From Gammaproteobacteria bacterium (lineage in GTDB: Bacteria > Pseudomonadota > Gammaproteobacteria > Tethybacterales > Persebacteraceae), in assembly GCA_051008975.1 (NCBI GenBank), contig JBPCXA010000144.1, forward strand, positions 1 to 46,325: a stretch of DNA of 46,325 nucleotides, in the 5' to 3' direction. The notes beneath the pieces were generated by a model. It saw only the letters and a list, made by a program, of their open reading frames with translations, was not told the DNA's origin and ran no database searches. Below are positions 9,480 to 19,160 of the stretch, piece by piece. Made by a program: the position numbers and the translations under genes. Every line of letters starts with the position of its first letter. Within the stretch, counting starts at the first letter, position 1.

Positions 9480-12236
9480 ATGCCCGACATCTTCGGTGGC
9501 GCGGAAGTCCTTGAGGACCCTTTCGAGGGTGCTCCGGTCGTCGATCAGGCGATTCCTCCGCGCGATCCGATAGAGACCGGGCCCGAATCGGCCCGCGTGC
9601 GCTCGCGATTCCCGATCCCTACCGTGGCCGGCGGACCCTTCGCCGGCACCGAGGCGCCGGATCCGCGCGGCTTCGTTGCGCAACCCACGGTCGGCATGAT
9701 CGCCGAGGAGTTCGGCATCTCGACCGAGGGTGCGCCGGCCATGGCCCGTCTCCTGGCCAACCTCGGCATCGGCAGCGGCGGCAGCGAGCAGGAGCTGGCC
9801 GAGGTCCGGGCCGGTCTGGAAAAGGGCTTCGCATCCCCTGTGGAAGTCAGGATCGGACCGGAGACCGGTGAGCTTGAGTTCCGCCTAAAGGGAACCGAGC
9901 GCTTCACGCTGTTCAACAGGCCGGGTCCCGATATCGGTGATATCGCCGCGGCCGGTCCGGATATCGCAACGGCGACGGTCGAGGTCGCCGCCGGACTCGG
10001 AGCCGCCGCCGTGGCATCGCCGACCGGTCCCGCCGGCATGGTGGCGGCGGTGGCGACCGGCGAAGTCCTGACCGCCTTCACGGCCGAGGTGGTCAAGCTG
10101 AACATCGCCCAGAGCCAGGGCCTGCCGATCGACGATGAGCAGATCTGGCGGCAGGCGATCCTGGTCAGTGGTCTGACCGGAGCCGGCGGCGTCGTGCTGC
10201 CGCTGGCGGCAAAGATCTTCCGGCGCGTCACCGGACAGCTGCCCAAGGCGATCGCCGACCTCGATCTGCCGGAAGTGCTCGCGACCCTGGAGCGCGGCGA
10301 GGCCGCCTCGGGCGACGTGGAGCGTCTGGTACGCGAGCGTTTCGGCCAGGAGCTGCACTTGACCACGGGTCAGGCGACGCGCGATCCGGTCTTCCTCGAA
10401 GCCGAGAACACAGCGATGCGCAAGAGCACCGGACGGCTTCTGCGTGATATACGTCTCGGCCAGGACACTACGGTCAACGCGATCCTCGATGATATCTTCT
10501 CGGCCACGACGCCCCGTGAATCGGAGTTGGCAGTCGGCCGCCGGATCAAGCAGTTGGCCGGCAGGACCGTCGAAGGCACATTGGCCCGGCGCCGCCAAGT
10601 CGCCAAGACCGCCGGAGATGTCGCCGACACGGCGCAGCAACGCTTTCTCGGCCTGGCCGACGTGCCGAGCGCTGCGGCCCAGGCGGCGCGCGAGAACATT
10701 GTCCAGGCGCGCAGCCGCGCGCTGCTGCCGTTCGACGCCGAATATGACGAGATCGAGGCATTCGGCGAGATCCCGATCGACCTCGCCACGGTGCGCAGCC
10801 AGGCGCGCGAATTCGGCGATGAACTGTCGGGCCTCATCTTCCAGTCGGTCCAGAAGGACGATCTGCCGATGATCCGTGAGGGACTCGAAGCCGGCGTCAC
10901 TGAAATCAGAAACCTCAGGTTCGGTACCGACGGCGTCCTGGAGTGGATCACCACAAGAGGCAGCGAGCCGGTTCCCTTGAGGATCGTGCAGCGGGATCTT
11001 TCAAATCTGCGCGATACGCTGAGGCGCGTCGACAAGGGTCTTTCGGACAAGCAGCGGCGCATCGTCCAGGGCTTCCACAATGCGCTTCTCGCGGCGCGCA
11101 ACCAGGGCCTCGCAGGCTCGGATAATCCGAATGCCTACTGGCAAGTCATGAACACCGAGAATCGTTACCGGATCTTCAAGGAGAACTACGACCGCGGCGT
11201 CATCGGCAACACGCTCTCCACGGTCGAGGGCGGCCAGTACCGCCTAGCGGATGAGCAACTCATCCCGCGCCTGCTGTCGCGGTCGAGCGAGATGCGCCAG
11301 TTCGTCGGTGTGCTCGGGGATCCGTCGAACGTCAACGGCAACATGGCGATCTTCCAGTTGAAGCGCGGTATCCTCGGTCTGGTCGAGCAGCGCCTTGCCG
11401 ATCGCCCGAGCGATACCGCCGAGGCGGCCGTTCTGACCGGCTTCCTGCGGCAGAATTCGGAATCCTTGCGTGGTATCTTCACGGCTGACGAGATGGCCGC
11501 CTTTTCCAATCTGCGCAATCTCAAGCTGGCGGCGAAGAGCGCCGACGATACGCTCGCCGAGGTCACCAAAAACGTCAACAAGACGCTCGCCCGGAAGGTC
11601 TCGCGCTACGATTCCAACGAGGTCGTCAACGAGCTGCTGAAGACCGAGAAGATCGACGATCTCAAGACCGTACGCAGCGGACTGAGGCAGGCGGATCCCG
11701 ATCTTCTGGCCGATTTCGACAATGCCTTCGCGCGGCGCATCCGCGACGACATCACGACTTTCGATAGAGGCAGCAACCGGTCGGTGACAACCTTGACCAG
11801 CCTTACCCGGTTCCTGGAAACGGGCCGGGTCGCCCAGGCGCGCGAGGTGTTCGGTGACCAGTACGTGAAGGATCTGGAAATCCTCACCGCGGCTATGGCG
11901 GCGGTCGAAGACACACCGACGGTGAAGGCCGACGATCTCGCCAAGGTGTTCAGGATCGAAACCGGCTTGCGCGGCTACGCCCGGTTCCTGCGTGTGCCGT
12001 TCCCGCCGCTCAGCCCGCGAGGCCGGGCGCTCACCGCGGTCACCGGCGTCGCCCATGAGGCGGCCCAGCGCCATCTCGCCGATGCGCTCGCCGATCCAGC
12101 CAAGCTGCATGATCTCGTGCAGCTCAGGACGACGACGCTTTCGAGCACCAAGGCCCAGGCTCTGCTCGGCGCGACCGCCGCTTCCGTCCTGATCGATCCG
12201 CCGGAGAGCGCTCTCAAGGGCATCATCGGGGATTAA
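9480..12236 (+). CDS. Large internal virion / ejection protein candidate (918 aa)
   Basis: Starts 1 nt after the upstream stop. Largest gene in the genome. Its position matches podovirus core proteins. I recognised no muralytic motif. Confidence 0.45.
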   Translation: MPDIFGGAEVLEDPFEGAPVVDQAIPPRDPIETGPESARVRSRFPIPTVAGGPFAGTEAPDPRGFVAQPTVGMIAEEFGISTEGAPAMARLLANLGIGSGGSEQELAEVRAGLEKGFASPVEVRIGPETGELEFRLKGTERFTLFNRPGPDIGDIAAAGPDIATATVEVAAGLGAAAVASPTGPAGMVAAVATGEVLTAFTAEVVKLNIAQSQGLPIDDEQIWRQAILVSGLTGAGGVVLPLAAKIFRRVTGQLPKAIADLDLPEVLATLERGEAASGDVERLVRERFGQELHLTTGQATRDPVFLEAENTAMRKSTGRLLRDIRLGQDTTVNAILDDIFSATTPRESELAVGRRIKQLAGRTVEGTLARRRQVAKTAGDVADTAQQRFLGLADVPSAAAQAARENIVQARSRALLPFDAEYDEIEAFGEIPIDLATVRSQAREFGDELSGLIFQSVQKDDLPMIREGLEAGVTEIRNLRFGTDGVLEWITTRGSEPVPLRIVQRDLSNLRDTLRRVDKGLSDKQRRIVQGFHNALLAARNQGLAGSDNPNAYWQVMNTENRYRIFKENYDRGVIGNTLSTVEGGQYRLADEQLIPRLLSRSSEMRQFVGVLGDPSNVNGNMAIFQLKRGILGLVEQRLADRPSDTAEAAVLTGFLRQNSESLRGIFTADEMAAFSNLRNLKLAAKSADDTLAEVTKNVNKTLARKVSRYDSNEVVNELLKTEKIDDLKTVRSGLRQADPDLLADFDNAFARRIRDDITTFDRGSNRSVTTLTSLTRFLETGRVAQAREVFGDQYVKDLEILTAAMAAVEDTPTVKADDLAKVFRIETGLRGYARFLRVPFPPLSPRGRALTAVTGVAHEAAQRHLADALADPAKLHDLVQLRTTTLSSTKAQALLGATAASVLIDPPESALKGIIGD

Positions 12237-12598
12237 TGCCGTTCAGCAAGAAGATCTTTGAGAATCTGAATCCCGTCGAGTTGGCTGTTCTCGCCATCAT
12301 GATGGTCGGCGCGACGACCGGCGTGACGATCACCAAGGATGTCTTCTATCCGCCGCGCGAATATCCCTATACCAGCATCGACGCGATCCGTGATCTGGCT
12401 CCGCTGGAGATCGCGGTCAAGAACCTCACCGGGGAGATTCGCAATCTACGCGAGCAGGATGAGAAGCTGATGACCGCCTTGATCGAGATCAAGGTTATCC
12501 TCGGCACGGCAAAGGAATTACCACCGCCGCCCTGGCAGAACCGGATCCGCGAGCTGGAACGCGAGATGGACCGTCACCAGCATTCCGGGGCGCGCTGA
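12236..12598 (+). CDS. Membrane-anchored coiled-coil protein (120 aa)
   Basis: TAATG coupling. One N-terminal hydrophobic helix (VELAVLAIMMVGATTGVTI) followed by a heptad-like helix. Confidence 0.6.
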   Translation: MPFSKKIFENLNPVELAVLAIMMVGATTGVTITKDVFYPPREYPYTSIDAIRDLAPLEIAVKNLTGEIRNLREQDEKLMTALIEIKVILGTAKELPPPPWQNRIRELEREMDRHQHSGAR

Positions 12599-13027
12599 AT
12601 GCCGGCGGCTTATAAAGAAACTCAATTCCGCGACAGGCTAACCAAGACCATTGGCGGCCCGATGTGGTCCAAGATAGAAACCGGGCTTTCGACGACCGGA
12701 GTGCCTGATCTCTATGGTATCGACCACGGCGTCAGCATCTGGATTGAATGCAAGATCGTGGCGGGACGCCGGCTGCGTCATCCGCTCAGACCCTTGCAGG
12801 CTTTTTGGCATCGTGAATATTGGTTGTCCGGTGGCCGCTCTCTGGTCGTGGCGAGCGAGCGACACAACGGCGGGCCGCGTCTTGGGCCACCGGTCGACCG
12901 AATCCATATCTGGACGCCCGGACACCTCGCGGAGAACGGTAGCATACCGCTCGACAACATCGATGTGGGATCGTTCGACGCGCCGTTCGATTGGCCGCTG
13001 ATCAAAAAAAAGCTATTCGAGGCTTGA
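12599..13027 (+). CDS. VRR-NUC / PD-(D/E)XK family nuclease
   Basis: GVPDLYG...SIWIECK...PLQAFWHRE...GG...VV matches the VRR-NUC signature. Lies next to the SNF2 helicase, a known phage pairing. Confidence 0.75.
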   Translation: MPAAYKETQFRDRLTKTIGGPMWSKIETGLSTTGVPDLYGIDHGVSIWIECKIVAGRRLRHPLRPLQAFWHREYWLSGGRSLVVASERHNGGPRLGPPVDRIHIWTPGHLAENGSIPLDNIDVGSFDAPFDWPLIKKKLFEA

Positions 13028-13053
13028 CGGAAGACATAACCGTCGTTTATGCT
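13024..13053 (+). promoter_or_regulatory. Sigma-70-like promoter of the replication operon
   Basis: TTGACG-N18-TATGCT, followed by a CTCCTC-N11-GAGGAG hairpin at 13052..13074. Lies in the only gap between the VRR-NUC and SNF2 genes. Confidence 0.55.
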
Positions 13054-13128
13054 CCTCATTCAAGTCACGAGGAGCAAGCGACGCCCCTTGCCGTCGTTGC
13101 GGTCTGTTCCCGAGAGAACGAGAGAACG

Positions 13129-13353
13129 ATGACCCAGATCACCGTCGCTCGAATTTGCCTGGGACGAGGTACGATGAGCGCTCCCGACTGGCGTATATTG
13201 CTCCGAAAATATATCGCATACATCCGATGGTGGGAGGGTTCTGACGGTTTGGTTACGAAAACATCTGGCGATCCTGATATCCCCCAAGAAGAATGGGATC
13301 TTTTAAAGGGCGTTGCGGAAGAGATCGATAGTGAAAAGAAGACGAGACGATGA
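13129..13353 (+). CDS. Hypothetical protein (74 aa) sharing its first 7 codons with the SNF2 gene
   Basis: ATG after GAGAGAACGAGAGAAC. Begins MTQITVA, the same as the gene at 13350. Stop overlaps the next ATG. The longer ORF-track version (12991) would run through a promoter. Confidence 0.6.
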   Translation: MTQITVARICLGRGTMSAPDWRILLRKYIAYIRWWEGSDGLVTKTSGDPDIPQEEWDLLKGVAEEIDSEKKTRR

Positions 13354-15026
13354 CCCAGATTACCGTCGCCCAGGGCAAGATCTACATCCGCACGCCGTTC
13401 CAAAACAAAGACCGGTGTAAGGCGATCAACGATGCTCGCTGGTCGCCGACGAACAAGTGCTGGTACTATCCGGCGACGCCTGCCACCGCGCGGGCAATCA
13501 TGACCGGCTTCAATGGTCAGCAAGTGAAAAGCGATGAAGCGTTCCAAGAACTTTTTGCAGAATCGGAGATAACCAGACATATCAACAAAGCACGTGATTT
13601 TGGCTTTCTTTCTGGATTGCCGGAGCCACGAAGTAAGACCAAATCCTGGGACCATCAAACGAAAGCATTTCATTTTTGCAAAGATAAATCCGCAACTATG
13701 CTCGCCTTCGAGATGCGCTGCGGCAAGTCCAAGACGGCGATCGATCTGGCAGTCCACTGGGATGCCCGTCTGGTTCTGGTCACTTGTCCGCTTTCGGTCC
13801 TGCCAGTGTGGTTTTCCGAATTCGGTACCCATGCCGCGGAGGATTATCGTGTTCTTTTACTGAGCAAAGGCTCGACCAAGAATCGAGCGCGCGAGCTTGG
13901 GCAATTCGTCGATCTCTGCCGTACGGCGAAATGCCGCGGCGCCGTCGTCGTCAACCATGAAGCTTCATGGCGCGAGGACATGGCCAAGGTCATCCTTCAT
14001 GCCGACTTCGATCTTCTGATCGTCGACGAGAGTCACCGTGCCAAGGACCGGCGCGGCAAGTTCTCCGGGTTCCTCAACAAGCTGGCGGCCCAGGTGCCGC
14101 ATGTCCTGGCATTGACTGGCACGCCGATGCCGCATTCGCCGATGGATATCTTCGCGCAGTACCGATTCCTCGATCCGGGCATCTTCGGCACGTCGTTCTT
14201 CAAATTCCGCAACCGTTTTGCGGTCATGGGCGGCTGGCAGGACAAGCAGATCGTCGGTTACCAGAACCAGGAATTGCTGTCGGAGCTGTTCAATTCGATC
14301 GCCTACAGGGTGAAGCAACGCGACGCGATCGACCTGCCGCCCGAAGCCGATATCGAGCGCTACTGCGAGCTGAGCCCGGAGGGACGGCGGGTCTACGAGG
14401 AGCTAAAACGCAACTTCGTCGCCGAGGTCAAGGGCGGCATCGTCACCGCTTCAAACGCCATGGTCAAGATCCTGCGTTTTCAACAGGTGACCAGCGGTCA
14501 TGTCAAGCTGGAAGACGGCAAGACAATCCTTATCGACGGTGGGGAGACGCCGCCCAAGCTCAAGCTGCTCAAGGAAGTAATCGACGACGAATCGGCGCGC
14601 AGCAGATCCGAAACCAGACCGTTGCATGTTGTCGTTTTTTGTCGTTTCCGCCGAGATCTCGATGAGATCAAGCGACTCTGCCAGTCCGAAGGAAAGTATC
14701 AGTACGGCGAGATCTCTGGCAGCCGGAAAGACCTGACTGAACAAGCGAAGATGCCGAGCTGGTGCGAGGTCATGGGGGTCCAGGTCCAAGCCGGCGGCAT
14801 GGGTATCGACCTGTCGCGGGCGGCCACCTGTATCTTCTATTCGACGGGATTGGCGCTCGGCGACTACGAGCAGTGCAAGAGCCGGGTGAAGAGCCATGCC
14901 AGCGCCGCCAAGATCACCTATATCCATCTTTTGGCGCGCGAGACCTACGACGAGACGATCCTGAAGGCGCTGACCCAGCGCAAGAACGTAGTCGAGTATG
15001 TCATGCAGCTGGCGAAGGGCACATGA
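13350..15026 (+). CDS. SNF2-family DEAD/H helicase
   Basis: Motifs CGKSKT (I), LIVDESHRAK (II), LALTGTPMPHSPMDIF (III), QAGGMGIDL (V), QCKSRVKSH (VI). Confidence 0.9.
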   Translation: MTQITVAQGKIYIRTPFQNKDRCKAINDARWSPTNKCWYYPATPATARAIMTGFNGQQVKSDEAFQELFAESEITRHINKARDFGFLSGLPEPRSKTKSWDHQTKAFHFCKDKSATMLAFEMRCGKSKTAIDLAVHWDARLVLVTCPLSVLPVWFSEFGTHAAEDYRVLLLSKGSTKNRARELGQFVDLCRTAKCRGAVVVNHEASWREDMAKVILHADFDLLIVDESHRAKDRRGKFSGFLNKLAAQVPHVLALTGTPMPHSPMDIFAQYRFLDPGIFGTSFFKFRNRFAVMGGWQDKQIVGYQNQELLSELFNSIAYRVKQRDAIDLPPEADIERYCELSPEGRRVYEELKRNFVAEVKGGIVTASNAMVKILRFQQVTSGHVKLEDGKTILIDGGETPPKLKLLKEVIDDESARSRSETRPLHVVVFCRFRRDLDEIKRLCQSEGKYQYGEISGSRKDLTEQAKMPSWCEVMGVQVQAGGMGIDLSRAATCIFYSTGLALGDYEQCKSRVKSHASAAKITYIHLLARETYDETILKALTQRKNVVEYVMQLAKGT

Positions 15027-15271
15027 TCAGCTTTGCCACCGAGATGCTGGATTGGTGCCTGGGACAGCGCATGAATGCCGTCAACCTCTTGATGAAAACT
15101 TTGTTCAAGAACGAATGCTGGATCGTCATGGCACTGTCGGAAGAGGAAAAAGCATGGGAAGCGCGCGGTAATCTGTCGCGAATGCAGCTGGCCGAGGTCG
15201 CCGAATACGTCCTTGACGTAGCGACTGAAGATTCGAGTGACGACGAGCCTGGCGAGACCGTCATGCATTGA
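15023..15271 (+). CDS. Hypothetical acidic protein (82 aa)
   Basis: ATGA overlap with the SNF2 stop. In frame with the ORF-track 14762..15271 tail. Confidence 0.55.
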   Translation: MISFATEMLDWCLGQRMNAVNLLMKTLFKNECWIVMALSEEEKAWEARGNLSRMQLAEVAEYVLDVATEDSSDDEPGETVMH

Positions 15272-15278
15272 GGAGCCT

Positions 15279-15560
15279 ATGGACGCCGAAGTTATCGATA
15301 ACCAAAATCCCTTGCGGGCGTGGCGTTTCAGTCATCATCCGGTCAAGACTCAAAGCCAGATTGCGACCCTGCCGGAGTTGTGCGTTACGGAACAGACCGT
15401 ACGCAACTGGGAGAACGGCAGGGTGTTGCCTGCCGAGCACCATCTCTATGCCTTGAGCCTAATCATGGGCAACCCAAACCTAGCGAGCGAATGGTATGCA
15501 TGGCGCCGCTTAACAATGGAGCAAGCTGATGGGAACCAAGAGACTCGTCGGGAAACGTAA
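15279..15560 (+). CDS. XRE-family helix-turn-helix protein (93 aa)
   Basis: GAGGAG RBS. TQSQIATLPELCVTEQTVRNWENGRVLP is a classical HTH_3 pattern. Confidence 0.75.
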   Translation: MDAEVIDNQNPLRAWRFSHHPVKTQSQIATLPELCVTEQTVRNWENGRVLPAEHHLYALSLIMGNPNLASEWYAWRRLTMEQADGNQETRRET

Positions 15561-16023
15561 CGATATCAGCCTGCTGCGGCAATACGCCAAGCTGATGGCG
15601 GCGAAGGCCCGCAAGGAAGACTCTCTGGAGCTGACCAAGGCCAATATCGAGGCAGTCGAGCTTCGAGTGTTGGACTACTTACAACGTCAGGGCATAAAGG
15701 CGATCAAGATCCATACCGGCAACGGCCAATATCGCAACGTGCAAGTACGCCGGGATCTCTGGCCCAAGAAGTTGGCCGACGATACCGGCGTTCAATTGAA
15801 AGCGCTCGAACTGGCCGGCCTCAAAGACAACGGTCAGGTTTCGGTTAATGTTCAGTCGCTCCGCGGCGTCATCAACGAAGCGGTGCTCGACTACCACAAC
15901 AATTCCGATGACGCCGACGCCGCAAGCAAGACGCCCGAAGAAATCCTGTGGACACGCTATCCGGCCTTGAAGGGTATCATCGGAATCAGTGAGGAATTCA
16001 CCGTGAGGGCGCCCAAGGTATGA
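15529..16023 (+). CDS. Hypothetical replication-module protein (164 aa; coiled-coil N-terminus, possibly Gp157-like)
   Basis: Uninterrupted GC3-rich ORF overlapping the HTH gene by 32 nt. The family guess is weak. Confidence 0.5.
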   Translation: MGTKRLVGKRNDISLLRQYAKLMAAKARKEDSLELTKANIEAVELRVLDYLQRQGIKAIKIHTGNGQYRNVQVRRDLWPKKLADDTGVQLKALELAGLKDNGQVSVNVQSLRGVINEAVLDYHNNSDDADAASKTPEEILWTRYPALKGIIGISEEFTVRAPKV

Positions 16024-16247
16024 CCAAGGTAGTTGCGCAAACGAATGATGACATCCACAAGATCTGGCGCGAGATCGAGGACATGCTGATCAGGATCCTG
16101 CCGGAGCATGCCGAGCAAATCAGTTTGCTCATGGACGATGAGAAGTTTCAGGGCTTATTGTTGTCCGCCGCGGCGCAGAATTTCAATGCCGACCAGACCA
16201 AGCGCCTGGTCACCAACGTTTTGATCTTGCGGGGTATGATTCACTGA
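16020..16247 (+). CDS. Hypothetical protein (75 aa)
   Basis: ATGA coupling on the 5' side and TGATG coupling on the 3' side. Confidence 0.6.
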   Translation: MTKVVAQTNDDIHKIWREIEDMLIRILPEHAEQISLLMDDEKFQGLLLSAAAQNFNADQTKRLVTNVLILRGMIH

Positions 16248-16546
16248 TGACTTGCTTTCCGCCGAGCGAAGCCCAGGATCATCTTTGCTGCGTCGACGGC
16301 TGCGGCGAACGAATCCCTGTTGATGAAAATAGCCAGTTTACCAAAATCGGCGTTGCCACAAAACGTGTCTGCGCTGGACCACGGTGCGCCGGCTGGCGCT
16401 GGGTCTACGGCGACCCGGCTGATTCCAAGACCATCGGCGGCATCCTGCTGCCATCAAATCTATGGCCCGGCTTCTGTGGACGGGCCGGTCCATTGACGCA
16501 GGACGCCTTGTCCCGCGCCTATAAGCTAGGAGAAAAAGGAGAGTAA
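16247..16546 (+). CDS. Hypothetical Cys-rich protein (99 aa)
   Basis: TGATG coupling. CCVDGCG...C...C...C pattern. Confidence 0.6.
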   Translation: MTCFPPSEAQDHLCCVDGCGERIPVDENSQFTKIGVATKRVCAGPRCAGWRWVYGDPADSKTIGGILLPSNLWPGFCGRAGPLTQDALSRAYKLGEKGE

Positions 16547-16548
16547 GC

Positions 16549-17289
16549 ATGGCACAAGAAATCGTCCCCGTGGCCGACTACGCGGTCATGAAGCGCGATC
16601 CCAAAGAGGTCGCGGCGCTCTTGAAGGAGAATCTCGGCGGCACCCAGATCGATCGTTTCGCGCTCGACCGGATCAAGATCCCGGCGGGCGGCGGCACGAT
16701 CTGGTCGGTACCGTCGCTGGAGGGCGACCAGGGAGCGAAATCGATCGAGGGCGTCGTGATCGACTGGTTCGAACCGCGCGCCTATTGGGCTACGTCGTTC
16801 GATGAATCCGGCGGCGGCACGCCGCCCGACTGCGCCTCAGAGGACGGTCTCACCGGCCGAGGCCAGCCCGGCGGTGACTGCGCCAAATGTCCGCTTTCGC
16901 AGTTCGGCTCCGCGCCCGGCAAGAAGAACGGTGAGTTCAGCCGCGGACAGGCCTGCCGTCAAGCGCGGGTGCTGTTCCTGCTGCGGCCGTCCCTCCTGCT
17001 GCCACAGGTCGTGATCTGCCCGCCGACCTCGCTCGGTGCCGTGCGCCAGTTCTTCCTTCGTCTGGCGTCCAATATGGTACCGATTTCGCGGGCGCTCTGC
17101 TCATTCAAGCTGGAAGAGGACCGCAACGCCGACGGCATCAAATATTCCAAGATGTTGCCTTCCATGGTGCGCCAGCTTGGCGATGAAGAGGCAGCCAAGG
17201 TCGAGAGCTACGCCAAGAACATGCGGCCGATGCTGCGCCAGGCAATCGATCTCCAGCGCGGGGACTTAGAGACGCCGCCGGCCTCTTGA
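16549..17289 (+). CDS. Conserved-looking replication-module protein with C..C..CP Cys cluster (246 aa)
   Basis: AGGAG RBS. PPDCASEDG...GGDCAKCP...GQACRQ motif. I could not name the family. Confidence 0.6.
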   Translation: MAQEIVPVADYAVMKRDPKEVAALLKENLGGTQIDRFALDRIKIPAGGGTIWSVPSLEGDQGAKSIEGVVIDWFEPRAYWATSFDESGGGTPPDCASEDGLTGRGQPGGDCAKCPLSQFGSAPGKKNGEFSRGQACRQARVLFLLRPSLLLPQVVICPPTSLGAVRQFFLRLASNMVPISRALCSFKLEEDRNADGIKYSKMLPSMVRQLGDEEAAKVESYAKNMRPMLRQAIDLQRGDLETPPAS

Positions 17290-17295
17290 TCTTCC

Positions 17296-18915
17296 ATGGC
17301 CGATCTGCCGTCATTGGAAGTGCCCGCAGTCGCGGAGCTGGCCCAGCATGACCAATGGGTTTGCTGGCGCGAGGTTGGCCGGCAAGGTAAGAAGACCAAG
17401 TTGCCATACCGTCCCGACGGTCGCATGGCCAGCGTGACCGATCCGAGTACCTGGTCTTCATTCCAGGCGGTGACATCGGCCTTTATCGATTCGGCCGACA
17501 TAAACGGGGTCGGTTTCGTGCTCAGCAAATCCGATCCCTATATCTTCGTCGATCTCGATAAGTGCATCAAAGACGGCAAACTGGCAACTTGGGCCGATCT
17601 GCTGGTGAGGCAAATTGATTCATTCACCGAGATCAGTCCAAGTGGCCGAGGCATTCATATCATCCTGAGAGGCAGCCTACCGGGCCGCTCGCGGCGAAAA
17701 GGTCAGATCGAGATCTACGATCGTGAACGTTATTTCACTGTTACGGGGGACTGCTATGCTCGCAGTTTAAACTGCGAGCGTGAATCGATCGAGGACAGGC
17801 AACCGGAAATAGCCGCTGTCTACCAAGCCCATATGGGCAAATCTTCGCCTGCGGTTAACACGGCGGCTCACAAGGGAAATGGCCAGGATCGCAAGGCGGA
17901 GCCATTCGAAGATCATCTCCAGGCCGCCCAGCGCGCGATCGACGGCGATAGCGCATTGCCGAATGGCAAGCTGGCGTTGTTGTTTGCCAATAGCGATCAG
18001 ACATTGGCGTGCTGGGCTAAGAAATCCGGGGACAGCAAAGGCTGGTCGGCTTCGGAATGGGATCTGTCATTGGCCAATCACCTGACGGCATGCCGATTCA
18101 CGCCGCAAGAGATCACCGTGACGCTGTTGGCTTATCGTGAGCGTCATGGCGACGAGCCGAAGTTGCGCGCCGATTACTATGCACGGACGATTGCGATTGC
18201 GTTGACCAATCCACTTGCGGGGGAAAACGATAAAGAACTGGAAACGGATAGTTCGGCGATTCTGCTGGATCCGACCAAACCGCCGGAAGAAGTCTATCGC
18301 GAAATCAGTGAGCTGTTTGGCATCGATCTGCGTAAAATGGAAATCTATCCGGGCATCGATACCAAGTTCAAGTTCTATGTCTTCGCCCGCAGCTTGATCC
18401 GCACGGCATCCGGCGCGGCGCGGCATTTCAGATCGCAGTCGTTCTTCGCCGATTTGATCATCAACTCCTGCTTCGTGCCGCCTAACAAGGTGAGCAAGCG
18501 ACGTTACGACCAAGCGATGAAAGCCCTATTGCACGTTGCCGATCTGGTCGAGGTCGGCGAAGATGCGACGGAAGAGGCCAATACGATCGGTTTATTCGAA
18601 AGCTACATGGAGGCGGCAAGACTACCGGCGGTGCTGGACAATGCCAACGAGGAAGAACGAATCACCTCCGGCAATCCTTTCTATCTGCATGGCCAGCTTT
18701 ATATCGTGCTCGACGATTTTCTGACCGCGGTGAAGAATTTCCATGGCGAGCGCGGCATGACCAAGCCCAGATTAGCGCGCATGATCAAGGAAGTAGGCTT
18801 CGAGCAAAAAACCGTGCCGAGCATCCGAAAGGACAAATCACGCTCGACCCGCAGCGTCTATGCCGTGCCCGAACAGCTGTGGCACATGGAATCGAAGGAG
18901 AGACTAGAGGCATGA
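17296..18915 (+). CDS. Bifunctional DNA primase-polymerase (prim-pol) with C-terminal primase-associated domain
   Basis: W.CW...KLPYRP...GVGFVL...FVDLDKC...ISPSGRGIHIILRG...EIYDRERYFTVTG are the archaeo-eukaryotic primase (prim-pol) motifs. Confidence 0.85.
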   Translation: MADLPSLEVPAVAELAQHDQWVCWREVGRQGKKTKLPYRPDGRMASVTDPSTWSSFQAVTSAFIDSADINGVGFVLSKSDPYIFVDLDKCIKDGKLATWADLLVRQIDSFTEISPSGRGIHIILRGSLPGRSRRKGQIEIYDRERYFTVTGDCYARSLNCERESIEDRQPEIAAVYQAHMGKSSPAVNTAAHKGNGQDRKAEPFEDHLQAAQRAIDGDSALPNGKLALLFANSDQTLACWAKKSGDSKGWSASEWDLSLANHLTACRFTPQEITVTLLAYRERHGDEPKLRADYYARTIAIALTNPLAGENDKELETDSSAILLDPTKPPEEVYREISELFGIDLRKMEIYPGIDTKFKFYVFARSLIRTASGAARHFRSQSFFADLIINSCFVPPNKVSKRRYDQAMKALLHVADLVEVGEDATEEANTIGLFESYMEAARLPAVLDNANEEERITSGNPFYLHGQLYIVLDDFLTAVKNFHGERGMTKPRLARMIKEVGFEQKTVPSIRKDKSRSTRSVYAVPEQLWHMESKERLEA

Positions 18916-19160
18916 CCGAGCGGATCACCGACAAAGAGCTGGATAAGTGGGAAAGGCGTGTCAAAGATGCGCGAACCATGACGCAGCTTGGTGTTGAATG
19001 CGAGCGATGTGTTCCAGCCCTCATCACCGAGATCCGCGAGCTGCACAAGGAGATAGAGCGGTTGCAACCTTTGGCGCAAGTTCACCTGGACACGAAACGG
19101 CGTATTCGTGAGGCGATAGGCGACCCGAGAACAGCCGTCATTTTGGAAAGCAAGCCATGA
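18912..19160 (+). CDS. Hypothetical protein (82 aa)
   Basis: ATGA overlap with the primase stop, and ATGA overlap with the next gene. Confidence 0.6.
   Translation: MTERITDKELDKWERRVKDARTMTQLGVECERCVPALITEIRELHKEIERLQPLAQVHLDTKRRIREAIGDPRTAVILESKP

Noticed and set aside
12991-13128. N-terminal extension of ORF-track 12991..13353 (120 aa)
   Set aside because: The extension overlaps the VRR-NUC gene end and runs through a TTGACG-N18-TATGCT promoter and a hairpin. The internal ATG 13129 has its own purine-rich leader and duplicates the SNF2 start.
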